DNA of 32,000 nt from Scopulibacillus darangshiensis (GTDB taxonomy: Bacteria > Bacillota > Bacilli > Bacillales > Sporolactobacillaceae). The stretch covers positions 1,210 to 33,209 of the forward strand of contig NZ_SLXK01000047.1 of assembly GCF_004341035.1 (NCBI RefSeq), given 5' to 3'. Position numbers and translations under genes: made by a program. The notes beneath the pieces were generated by a model that was not told the origin of the DNA, ran no database searches, and was given only the letters and a program-made list of their open reading frames with translations. Positions 8,397 to 16,446 of this stretch are shown piece after piece. Numbering within the stretch: the stretch's first letter is position 1; each line of letters starts with the position of its first letter.

Positions 8397-9872
8397 TCAG
8401 TCTTCTTGAGGACTTACATCACAATTTTTAAGAGGGATAACCTTGGAACCTGTCTTAAATTTGTATACAAGCCATACAATCAAGAATAACGGAATACCGA
8501 TATAGGAGACAAGTATCCCCTTCCAATCAATGCCGTTCCCAATAAATGCATTATAATTCTGTCCGATAATGACAATAAGGCAAACGATGAAGGCAAAGAT
8601 CGGTCCGAACGGAAACCATTTAGCCTGATAAGGAAGGTCTTTAAGCTGCTTGCCTTGTAACACATAAGCCTTCCGGAAACGGTAATGGCTGATGGCGATA
8701 CCGAGCCATGCGATGAATCCTGACATTCCGGATGCGTTTAAAAGCCAAACATAGACCTGCCCATCCCCGAAAAGTGAAGCAAGAAAAGCAAGGGCCCCGA
8801 CAGCTGCAGTAATGATTAGAGACCATATAGGAATGCCTCTCCGGTTAACTTTTCCTAGAAATTTGGGTGCCTTTCCCTCTTTTGCGAGCGCATACAGCAT
8901 ACGAGTCGATGCGTACAACCCAGAGTTGCCCGCCGAAAGGACAGCTGTAAGAATAACCGCATTCATGACGGATGCCGCAAAGGCAAGTCCCGCATTCTTA
9001 AAGACAAGTGTGAACGGGCTGACCATGATGTTATCACTTGCTAAATGACTGCTAGTGTATGGAATGATTAGACTGATCACAAAAATAGCTAAGACGTAAA
9101 AGAGCAAAATCCTCCAGAAGATGCTCCGTACCGCACGAGGGACGTTTTTCTCAGGGTCTTCACTTTCTCCTGCACTAATCCCCAAAAGCTCCGTTCCCTG
9201 AAATGAGAATCCCGCCGCGAGAAAGACGCCAAATGTCGCAAGCAGACCGCCATGAAACGGCGCATCACCGATAGTGAAATTTTTGAACCCAATCGCATTG
9301 CCATTCATAATACCAAAGATCATTAATAATCCGACTATAATAAATATAATAACTGTAGCCACTTTTATAAATGAAAACCAGTATTCAGATTCCCCATAAC
9401 CTTTGACCGATAAAACATTTAGTCCAAAAATAATGGCAAGAAACAAAGCGCTCCAAAGAATGGAAGGGCTGTCCGGAAACCAAAATTTCATAATAAGCGT
9501 TGCTGCTGAAAGCTCTGCAGCCAACGTTATCGCCCAGTTATACCAATAGTTCCAGCCTAGGGCAAAGCCAAAGGAGGGATCGACAAACCGGGTCGCATAT
9601 GTGCTGAATGAACCGCTTGTCGGCATAAAAGCGGCAAGCTCTCCGAGACTCGTCATTAGAAAGTAAACCATGACCCCGATAATGATATAGGCTAAGAGAG
9701 CGCCTCCCGGGCCGGCAGAATGGATCGCTGTCCCGCTTGCAAGAAAAAGCCCCGTACCGATTGCGCCCCCGAGTGAAATCATGGTGAGATGCCTTGGCTT
9801 CAAACCCCTTTTCAGCTTATTCTCCCCGCCGGTTGGAGGGTTTACGGCATCTGGTGAATGATTGTTGTTCAT
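8397..9872 (-). CDS. lysP: Lysine-specific permease LysP-like (paralog 1, L-box controlled)
   Basis: Start reassigned to MNNNHSPD (ATG 9872, SD GGGGAG). Roughly three quarters or more of residues are identical to paralog 2 by eye. Preceded by a lysine riboswitch, as yvsH/lysP is in B. subtilis. Confidence 0.85.
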   Translation of the reverse strand: MNNNHSPDAVNPPTGGENKLKRGLKPRHLTMISLGGAIGTGLFLASGTAIHSAGPGGALLAYIIIGVMVYFLMTSLGELAAFMPTSGSFSTYATRFVDPSFGFALGWNYWYNWAITLAAELSAATLIMKFWFPDSPSILWSALFLAIIFGLNVLSVKGYGESEYWFSFIKVATVIIFIIVGLLMIFGIMNGNAIGFKNFTIGDAPFHGGLLATFGVFLAAGFSFQGTELLGISAGESEDPEKNVPRAVRSIFWRILLFYVLAIFVISLIIPYTSSHLASDNIMVSPFTLVFKNAGLAFAASVMNAVILTAVLSAGNSGLYASTRMLYALAKEGKAPKFLGKVNRRGIPIWSLIITAAVGALAFLASLFGDGQVYVWLLNASGMSGFIAWLGIAISHYRFRKAYVLQGKQLKDLPYQAKWFPFGPIFAFIVCLIVIIGQNYNAFIGNGIDWKGILVSYIGIPLFLIVWLVYKFKTGSKVIPLKNCDVSPQED

Positions 9873-9915
9873 CAAATCTCCCCTTTTATTGTGTGATTCG
9901 GAAGGAAATGGGTAC

Positions 9916-10155
9916 AAAAAACCGTCGAATGCGCTTCGACGGTTAAAATAGAGCCCCAAACATACCTTCCATCGATAGCTCAACACGTTAATAAAATTAA
10001 CGTGACAGTTCTGTTCCTATTCGGAGACAGCCCCAGCCCGCCAAGTAAAGGATGATTGCGCGGACTTCGGCGGCTTTTCCTTTCATGGCAGTTTCATAGA
10101 CTCACCTTTAGTCTCCTCTGCATTACTCATAAAAACCGCGACCTCTACCCCATCT
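9916..10155 (-). promoter_or_regulatory. L-box (lysine) riboswitch with intrinsic terminator
   Basis: The minus strand reads GGUAGAGGUCGCGG..GAGUA..GGAGA..UGAAAGGAAAAGCCGCCGAAG..UGGCGGGCUGGGGCUGUC..AACUGUCAC, matching conserved L-box blocks of B. subtilis lysC. The terminator AACCGTCGAA-gcgca-TTCGACGGTT plus T6 is at 9916-9944. Confidence 0.85.
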
Positions 10156-10202
10156 AAGTATATGATGAGGATTTGTGTCTATTCAGTTGAACAACAGTGA
10201 TG

Positions 10203-10231
10203 ATTATACATAACTTATCTCTAATGTTCAA
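10203..10231 (-). promoter_or_regulatory. Sigma-A promoter driving the L-box leader
   Basis: On the minus strand, TTGAAC, a 17-nt spacer, then TATAAT. It lies about 45 nt upstream of the first L-box conserved block. Confidence 0.7.
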
Positions 10232-10444
10232 CTAAACGAAGATTCGGAATTATGAGTGTAGACCCTTTGCAGAACAGCGGTCTTAGTTCAATGTTCAGAT
10301 CCCCCTTTTCTGTATATTTTAATTAATTCTCTCTCCTATAGTAAATCACCTTTATTTGTTGATTAGTTAGGTAATTCTAACTAATGCTCGACAAGATTCC
10401 CCTTATTTCATCATTATCTATTATTATTCCCCGGGAAATTCCCC

Positions 10445-10502
10445 AAAATAAATAGAAGCGGATTCAAAATAACAGCCTGCAGCATTGCTGTCTCGAATCC
10501 GC
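10445..10502 (-). terminator. Probable recQ terminator (long-loop hairpin)
   Basis: GCGGATTC...GAATCCGC stem enclosing a CAGC/GCTG sub-stem, followed on the minus strand by TTCTATTTATTTT. Confidence 0.4.
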
Positions 10503-10508
10503 CTCATA

Positions 10509-12299
10509 TTATGTGGTGCCCGAAAGATTTCCCTTTGCCGTATAGCTCAAAATAATTTCCAGAAAGGCTTCGCCATATAATTCCCATTTGCGCTGACCAA
10601 CACCCTTAATAGCAAGCATGTCGCTTTGCCCTGATGGACATTTTGCACTCATCTCATGAAGGGTTTGGTCGGTAAAAACAACATAAGGCGGCACTTTTTC
10701 TTTGACTGCAATCTGCTTTCTTAGCTCCCTTAGTTGTTCAAACAGTTCATCATCGACAACAAATTGCTTTGCTTGAACCTTTTCCTTTTTCAAAACGGCT
10801 TCCTCACCGCGTAGCACCGGGATTGCTTTGTTTGTAAGAGTTAATACAGGATAAGTGCCATTTGCAGGGGACAAATATTGCTCAGCCGTCAGATAATCAA
10901 TAAACTCACTGACTTCCTTCTGAGTCCTCCCCTTCATAATCTTGTATGTTGGCAGCTTATCGAATCCGAAGCTTCTTATTTTTTGATCTGATGACCCTGT
11001 TAAAACCTTGGCAATAAAAGTCTTGCCAAACTTCCCTCTCATTCTTTTTATACATGAGAAGACCATCTGTGCTTCTTTTGTTACCTCAATTTCAGGCCGC
11101 TCATCCGTACAGCTGCTGCAATTGCCACAATCATTGGCATCCATCTCACCGAAATAAGCCAGTATATATTTCTGAAGACACCCTTCAGTATGACAATAGC
11201 CGACCATTTTTTGCAGCTTCTCATGTTCATTATCTTTATGATCCTGATCCATTTCTGATTGCTCAATAAGAAACTTCTGAATATGAATGTCCTGAGGACT
11301 GTATAGGATCGTACATTCCCCCGGTTCCCCGTCACGGCCGGCCCGGCCAGCTTCTTGGTAGTATGCTTCAATGTTTTTCGACAGATTGTAATGAATAACA
11401 TAGCGGACATTCGATTTGTTGATGCCCATGCCAAAAGCGGAGGTTGCCACCATCACGGTTAGATCATCATAAAGAAACCGCTCCTGATTCTCATTCCTCT
11501 CATTTTCTGCCATCCCAGCATGATATTTCCCAGCTTGAAAGCCTTTTTTTATAAGATAATGGTGAAGCCGATCCACTTCTTTCCTTGTAGCAGCGTAGAT
11601 GATTCCGGATTGGGCGCTGTTTTTCTTGATGTAATCATTAATAAAGGCATCACGGTCCTGCCCTTTAATCACTTGAAAAAATAGATTGTCCCGGCCGAAT
11701 CCTGTTAGAATCACATCACTGCGGTCAATCTGTAAGAGGTCACAAATATCATCAGCCACTTTAGGTGTTGCCGTTGCTGTTAACGCTGCTATAACCGGAT
11801 GTGAGTGAATGCGATCTATCATCTCTTTGATCAGACGGTAGCTTGGCCGGAAGTCATGCCCCCATTGGGAGATACAGTGAGCTTCATCAACGGCTACCAA
11901 CGACACGTCCATTCGGTCCAGTGCATGCAAAAAGAGCTGTGACCCAAGCCGTTCGGGTGCTATGTAAATAAGTTTGTATTCACCAATGATGGCACCGTTC
12001 AGCCTCTCATTGGCCTCTGCTGCTGATATCGAGCTATTAATGTAAGTAGCTGGAACACCCACTTTTTCAAGTGCATCGACTTGATCCTTCATCAGTGAAA
12101 TCAGCGGAGAAATCACCAATGTGACCCCTTGAAACATCAGCGCTGGTATTTGATAACATATTGATTTCCCTCCGCCTGTCGGCATGATGCCAACCACATC
12201 GCGACGCTGCAGAATCCGTTTTATAATATCCTCTTGTCCTTTTCGAAAGGACCCGTAACCGAACGTAGCTTTCAAAAGCTGTTGTGCTTCACTTATCAT
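10509..12299 (-). CDS. recQ: ATP-dependent DNA helicase RecQ
   Basis: 596 aa. Walker A MPTGGGKS, DEAH box VAVDEAHCISQWGHDFRP, the RecQ Zn-binding Cys cluster (CHTEGC...CGNCSSC) and a C-terminal HRDC-like region. Confidence 0.95.
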   Translation of the reverse strand: MISEAQQLLKATFGYGSFRKGQEDIIKRILQRRDVVGIMPTGGGKSICYQIPALMFQGVTLVISPLISLMKDQVDALEKVGVPATYINSSISAAEANERLNGAIIGEYKLIYIAPERLGSQLFLHALDRMDVSLVAVDEAHCISQWGHDFRPSYRLIKEMIDRIHSHPVIAALTATATPKVADDICDLLQIDRSDVILTGFGRDNLFFQVIKGQDRDAFINDYIKKNSAQSGIIYAATRKEVDRLHHYLIKKGFQAGKYHAGMAENERNENQERFLYDDLTVMVATSAFGMGINKSNVRYVIHYNLSKNIEAYYQEAGRAGRDGEPGECTILYSPQDIHIQKFLIEQSEMDQDHKDNEHEKLQKMVGYCHTEGCLQKYILAYFGEMDANDCGNCSSCTDERPEIEVTKEAQMVFSCIKRMRGKFGKTFIAKVLTGSSDQKIRSFGFDKLPTYKIMKGRTQKEVSEFIDYLTAEQYLSPANGTYPVLTLTNKAIPVLRGEEAVLKKEKVQAKQFVVDDELFEQLRELRKQIAVKEKVPPYVVFTDQTLHEMSAKCPSGQSDMLAIKGVGQRKWELYGEAFLEIILSYTAKGNLSGTT

Positions 12300-12370
12300 A
12301 TTGCACCACCTAGTTTGTTCCGAATAAAAATAGCTTTCTCTTATTCCATATTACCGCACATGATAGAATG

Positions 12371-12399
12371 TTGACTATACCCTGCAAAGAGATTATAAG
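12371..12399 (+). promoter_or_regulatory. Sigma-A promoter for the NAD(P)H-binding protein gene
   Basis: TTGACT, a 17-nt spacer, then TATAAG. It ends 18 nt upstream of ATG 12418. Confidence 0.6.
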
Positions 12400-12417
12400 A
12401 ATGTGGAGTGTGAAACT

Positions 12418-13038
12418 ATGAATCTGCTTATTCTTGGAGCGACCGGGCGTGTCGGTCGTGAGGTTGTAAGATTAGCTTTGGAAGACCAGCATAATGTCAC
12501 AGCTTTTGTAAGGGACCCGGCTCGACTCGGCTTGTCCCATCCTAAGCTTCATGTTTTGAAAGGTGATGCCACTCAAGCAAGTGATCTATTGTCTGCGGTG
12601 AAGGGACAACATGCAGTACTCGGCGCCCTTAGCACTGATGGCGGAAGTACCCTGTCAATAAGTATGCCGCTCATTGTTAAAGCCATGGAAAAAGAAGGTG
12701 TCAAACGGATTGTCACAATCGGCACGGCAGGGATTCTTAACAGCAGGGAGAATCCTGAGATCTTCCGGTTCCAATCAAATGAATCCCGGCGAATTATGAC
12801 CCGCGCCGCTGAGGAACATCTTAAGGCTTTTGAAACCCTAAAAAAGTCCTCCTTGCAGTGGACGGTGGTTTGCCCTACATATCTGCCTGATGGCGAATCA
12901 GAAGGCAGATACCGTGTTGAAGCGAATATGCTGCCAAACCGCGGGGAGAGAATCAGTGTGTGTGATGCTGCATCTTTCGCCTACAACCAGCTCGCGGACG
13001 AGAGCTATCTTTATCGCCGGGTTGGCATTGCTTATTAA
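12418..13038 (+). CDS. NAD(P)H-binding atypical SDR (YwnB / flavin-reductase-like)
   Basis: Start moved to MNLLILGATGRVG (SD GGAG 9 nt upstream). N-terminal GxxGxxG Rossmann motif. About 206 aa. Confidence 0.75.
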   Translation: MNLLILGATGRVGREVVRLALEDQHNVTAFVRDPARLGLSHPKLHVLKGDATQASDLLSAVKGQHAVLGALSTDGGSTLSISMPLIVKAMEKEGVKRIVTIGTAGILNSRENPEIFRFQSNESRRIMTRAAEEHLKAFETLKKSSLQWTVVCPTYLPDGESEGRYRVEANMLPNRGERISVCDAASFAYNQLADESYLYRRVGIAY

Positions 13039-13039
13039 A

Positions 13040-13071
13040 GGGGTCTGACCCCGAGGGGTCAGACCCCTCCT
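13040..13071. terminator. Perfect 13-bp GC-rich hairpin GGGGTCTGACCCC-ga-GGGGTCAGACCCC
   Basis: It starts 2 nt after the stop codon. No T-run follows on the plus strand (TCCTCCTAAAAAA), so termination activity is uncertain. Confidence 0.45.
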
Positions 13072-13157
13072 CCTAAAAAATGCATCCATAGTCGGAAGGC
13101 ATTCCCATTGATTGATGGAATAGCTTTTAGTAATCAAAAACTTTGGGAGGAATTTGA

Positions 13158-14645
13158 ATGTCAGTAAAAAAATTAATACGTCACGCATGCCAAACCCTTG
13201 CAGGCGGTGTTCTGGCTTTTACAATAGCCATCCCGCAAGCGGCGGCAAACGACAATCCCCATGGGGCTTACAAGCCGGGCCACTTTCCTAAGCTAGAAGA
13301 GATTCATACGCCAAAAAATGTGAAGCACCCTAGCAATGGCAAGCGTGTCCTAGGGCCGGGGCATCCTAAATACACTATGAATGTTACATACAATAGTAAA
13401 AACCATACCATCTCGGGCCATATGACAGTGGCTTTTAACAACAACCTGCACAAAAATCTTAATAGGCTCTACTTTAACCTCTGGGGAAATGCAAGTGTCT
13501 TTGAGGAGAATGGCGGTGGCATGACAGTGAGCCATGTCAAAATAAATGGCAAAAAGGCTGCCTATATTGTCAATGATACGAAGCTTAAAATCTCAGGGTT
13601 GTCATTAAAGGCTAATAAAAAGGTCACTGTTGGCATGGATTTCAATGTTAGCTTACCTCATCAGCAAGACCGCTTTGGCTGGAATAAGACAACCGTTTCC
13701 CTAGGTAACTGGTTCCCGATTCTAGGGGTCTATGACGAAGAGGGCTGGAATCTTGACCCTTACTATGCTTATGGGGAATCCTTTTATTCATTAACTGGGG
13801 ATTTCGATGTAACATTAACAACTGATAAGGACCAGGTCATTGCCGCATCGGGTACAGAAGTGGGGAAAGCAAAAATTATGAGCAGCCAGGCTGTCCATCA
13901 CTATAAAGCACATAATGTCCGTGACTTCGCAATGGAAATGGACCCTACTTACCATGTAAAATCGACTACTGTTAACAAAACGAAAATCAATGTCTATTAT
14001 ACCGATGAACAAGCAAAATATGCTGATGCCATGCTTGAATCCGGTCATGACAGCATCGCTCTATTCAGCAAAAAGTTTGGCAAATACCCATGGCCTGAGC
14101 TGGATGTTGTCAGCATGGAAGGCTGGTTCGGCGGCATGGAATATCCGCAGCTTGTCATGATCAGTCTCCCTGGTGAACGTTCACAAAACTGGGTCAAATC
14201 AGTGACTGCACATGAAATTGGCCACCAATGGTTCTATGGCATCATTGGTGATAATGAGTATGATGAACCATGGCTTGATGAATCATTTGCAGATTTCTCA
14301 GCTGCTCTTTATGATGGTGAGCTGAATCAATTAACTACACCGGCACCACAACAAGATTATTTCCATTTATCTTCACCTGTCTCGACATTTACTGCACATG
14401 CTGATGAAGGTGGAATAAACGCTTATTACAATACCATTTATGGTTATGGCTCACGTACGGTTAATGATCTGAGATTAAAGCTTGGGGATCAGCAATTTTA
14501 TAAATCGATGCAAACTTATTTTAAAAAGAAAAAGTTTGGAGTTTCGACGACCGCCGATTTTATTAAAATTATGGAAGACACAAGCGGCAAAGACTTATCG
14601 GCATTCTTCAAAAACCACCGTGTTTTCGTTTCGGACCAGCAATAA
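13158..14645 (+). CDS. Secreted M1-family zinc metallopeptidase (gluzincin)
   Basis: N-terminal signal peptide ending AAAN. HEIGH-X18-E zinc motif (HEIGHQWFYG...WLDESFADF). SD GGGAGG lies upstream. Confidence 0.85.
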   Translation: MSVKKLIRHACQTLAGGVLAFTIAIPQAAANDNPHGAYKPGHFPKLEEIHTPKNVKHPSNGKRVLGPGHPKYTMNVTYNSKNHTISGHMTVAFNNNLHKNLNRLYFNLWGNASVFEENGGGMTVSHVKINGKKAAYIVNDTKLKISGLSLKANKKVTVGMDFNVSLPHQQDRFGWNKTTVSLGNWFPILGVYDEEGWNLDPYYAYGESFYSLTGDFDVTLTTDKDQVIAASGTEVGKAKIMSSQAVHHYKAHNVRDFAMEMDPTYHVKSTTVNKTKINVYYTDEQAKYADAMLESGHDSIALFSKKFGKYPWPELDVVSMEGWFGGMEYPQLVMISLPGERSQNWVKSVTAHEIGHQWFYGIIGDNEYDEPWLDESFADFSAALYDGELNQLTTPAPQQDYFHLSSPVSTFTAHADEGGINAYYNTIYGYGSRTVNDLRLKLGDQQFYKSMQTYFKKKKFGVSTTADFIKIMEDTSGKDLSAFFKNHRVFVSDQQ

Positions 14646-14680
14646 AAAATGAGGCTGTAACAGAAGTTTTTTCTAATAGA

Positions 14681-14727
14681 AAAATCCGAACTTATTTAGA
14701 CATTCTATCTAGTTCGGATTTTTATTT
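14681..14727 (+). terminator. Rho-independent terminator downstream of the M1 peptidase gene
   Basis: AAATCCGAACT-N18-AGTTCGGATTT followed by TTTATTT. Confidence 0.65.
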
Positions 14728-14744
14728 ATACAGAAGAAACAACG

Positions 14745-14990
14745 AAACGCTACGTCAAAATACTTCGCTTTCCACGGGCACGGCCTCAGCCTCTTCAGAA
14801 AGCAAAAAACGCTTTCTTGGTTAATCAGAAAGTATAACTTTCTGACGCACATAAGTGCAACTACGCCTCTGTCTTCACCAAAGGCTCGCGAATCGGCGAG
14901 TTTTCTTTACGGGGTCTTCGGACACGTGCTGTTCCCGTAGGAGTCTTTCGTATTTTGACTACGCTTCGCATTTGCAATGATACTTTTCAA
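14745..14990. repeat. Structured noncoding inverted-repeat element
   Basis: Imperfect ~50-bp inverted arms (CGAAACGCTACGTCAAAATAC... against ...GTATTTTGACTACGCTTCG) flank three small hairpins at about 14808-14828, 14835-14855 and 14895-14910. There is no ORF. Confidence 0.6.
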
Positions 14991-15129
14991 ACTTTATTGT
15001 TCGGCATATGAATGAACTCTTTTAGTTTTGTCCCAGCCTCACTTTTTTAGTTCCATTTTCACCCCAAATGTAGTATTATATTAAGCACCATAAAACCAAC
15101 TTATTTTATAGGATTAGGGGTGATTGTAA

Positions 15130-16389
15130 ATGGCTTTAGCAACTGCTGAAAAATCGTCTTCAACCAAACAGGCTGATCTTAAGGCTGAAAAACCAAAGCT
15201 TGGCTCACCACAAACTATTTTGATTTCACTATCTATCGTTCTAGCACTTATTCTTAGCATTGTCATCATTAACATCGGCGGGATCAAGGAGGGTATTCTT
15301 CTTTGGCTCGGTTTATTGCTTGGTTTTACACTATTCCATGCCAGATTTGGTTTTACATCCGCGTTCCGAAGATTTATGTCAGTCGGCAACGGGGAAGCCA
15401 TTCGGGCTCATATGCTAATGTTAGCTGTAGCCAGTACGTTATTCGCTATCATTTTTGCAACACATACAAGCTTCTTCGGCGGACATCCCGAACAAAATCT
15501 TCACCCCATCGGAGTGAGTCTGATTGTCGGATCATTTATGTTCGGCATCGGTATGCAGCTCGGTGGCGGCTGTGCGTCAGGAACACTATACGCTGTCGGC
15601 GGCGGCCGCTCAGAAATGTTCTTGACCTTACTCGCTTTTATCGTCGGTTCGGTGTTCGGTGCCTGGCATTTTGATTTCTGGGTCAATCAAATGCCATCAT
15701 TCAAACCATTTTCCCTTGCTACAAGTACAGGTCTTGGCTGGTTTGGCGGCTGGATCATTCAAATGGTCATATTCGGAGTTATTACATGGATCACATTGAT
15801 CGTGGAAAAGAAGCGCCGTTCACCAAAGCTCGGCCCATTACCGAGCACAAATGGATGGAAACGCATCTTTCGCGGCTCCTGGCCGCTCCTCGTTGGCGCG
15901 GTTGCCCTCGCTGTTCTTAACGCCGCAACATTAGTTGTTAAAGGCAGTCCTTGGGGGATTACGTCGGGCTTTGCATTATGGGGATCAAAAGCTGCAAATG
16001 CCTTAGGAATTAATGTCGGGCAATGGGGATATTGGTCTGGCGACCGTGCCGCCTCCTTGCACGAATCAGTTTTTGCACATTCGACGAGTGTGATGGATTT
16101 CGGCATCGTCATTGGAGCTCTAGCAGCGTCAACGCTTGGCGGGGTTTTCCTAATGAAAAAAATCCCGCTTCGCCAGGCAATGGCTGCTATTATCGGCGGG
16201 CTCCTGATGGGTTACGGTGCAAGACTTGCCTTCGGATGTAACATCGGCGCTTATTTCAGCGGCATCGCATCCTTTAGTCTACATGGCTATGTCTGGATGA
16301 TCATGGCTATGCTCGGAACTTTTGTTGCTCTGTACTTGCGTCCGTTATTCGGCATGTCAGTGCCAAAGTCATCCGATAAGTTTTGTTAA
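15130..16389 (+). CDS. YeeE/YedE family inner-membrane sulfur (thiosulfate-type) transport protein
   Basis: 419 aa, polytopic. Conserved GGGCASGTLY and AFGCNIGAY motifs of the two YeeE/YedE repeats. SD AGGGGTG lies upstream. Confidence 0.8.
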   Translation: MALATAEKSSSTKQADLKAEKPKLGSPQTILISLSIVLALILSIVIINIGGIKEGILLWLGLLLGFTLFHARFGFTSAFRRFMSVGNGEAIRAHMLMLAVASTLFAIIFATHTSFFGGHPEQNLHPIGVSLIVGSFMFGIGMQLGGGCASGTLYAVGGGRSEMFLTLLAFIVGSVFGAWHFDFWVNQMPSFKPFSLATSTGLGWFGGWIIQMVIFGVITWITLIVEKKRRSPKLGPLPSTNGWKRIFRGSWPLLVGAVALAVLNAATLVVKGSPWGITSGFALWGSKAANALGINVGQWGYWSGDRAASLHESVFAHSTSVMDFGIVIGALAASTLGGVFLMKKIPLRQAMAAIIGGLLMGYGARLAFGCNIGAYFSGIASFSLHGYVWMIMAMLGTFVALYLRPLFGMSVPKSSDKFC

Positions 16390-16413
16390 AAAGAATTTGC
16401 TATTGAATTAAAA

Positions 16414-16446
16414 TTGCCCCCTTTCTGGTGAAATGGGGGCTTTTTC
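16414..16446 (+). terminator. Rho-independent terminator of the YeeE/YedE gene
   Basis: GCCCCC-N13-GGGGGC followed by T5. Confidence 0.8.

Larger units (their letters stand above)
6799..9872 (-). repeat. Tandem duplication of LysP-like permease genes
   Basis: Two head-to-tail ~1.47 kb paralogs with collinear protein sequences. Confidence 0.9.

Noticed and set aside
8243-8431. 62-aa plus-strand ORF spanning the gap between the two permease genes.
   Set aside because: It overlaps the 5' end of one permease gene, the promoter and terminator, and the 3' end of the other. It has no SD and a composition typical of AT-rich intergenic DNA.
9873-9986. N-terminal extensions given by the longest-ORF track, for example 9873-9986, 6786-6887, 3673-3762, 23187-23222, 24147-24179, 26090-26134 and 30164-30208.
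   Set aside because: In each case an internal ATG, TTG or GTG with a proper SD coincides with the family-typical N-terminus. The extension would overlap a riboswitch terminator, an upstream gene or the SD itself.
10160-10508. Searched for a 6S RNA gene next to recQ, because one of the two B. subtilis 6S RNA genes lies in the yocI(recQ)-yocJ intergenic region.
   Set aside because: Neither strand shows the long-range 5'/3' closing-stem complementarity or a central-bubble architecture. Only local short hairpins are present. The space is already occupied by the recQ terminator and the L-box promoter.
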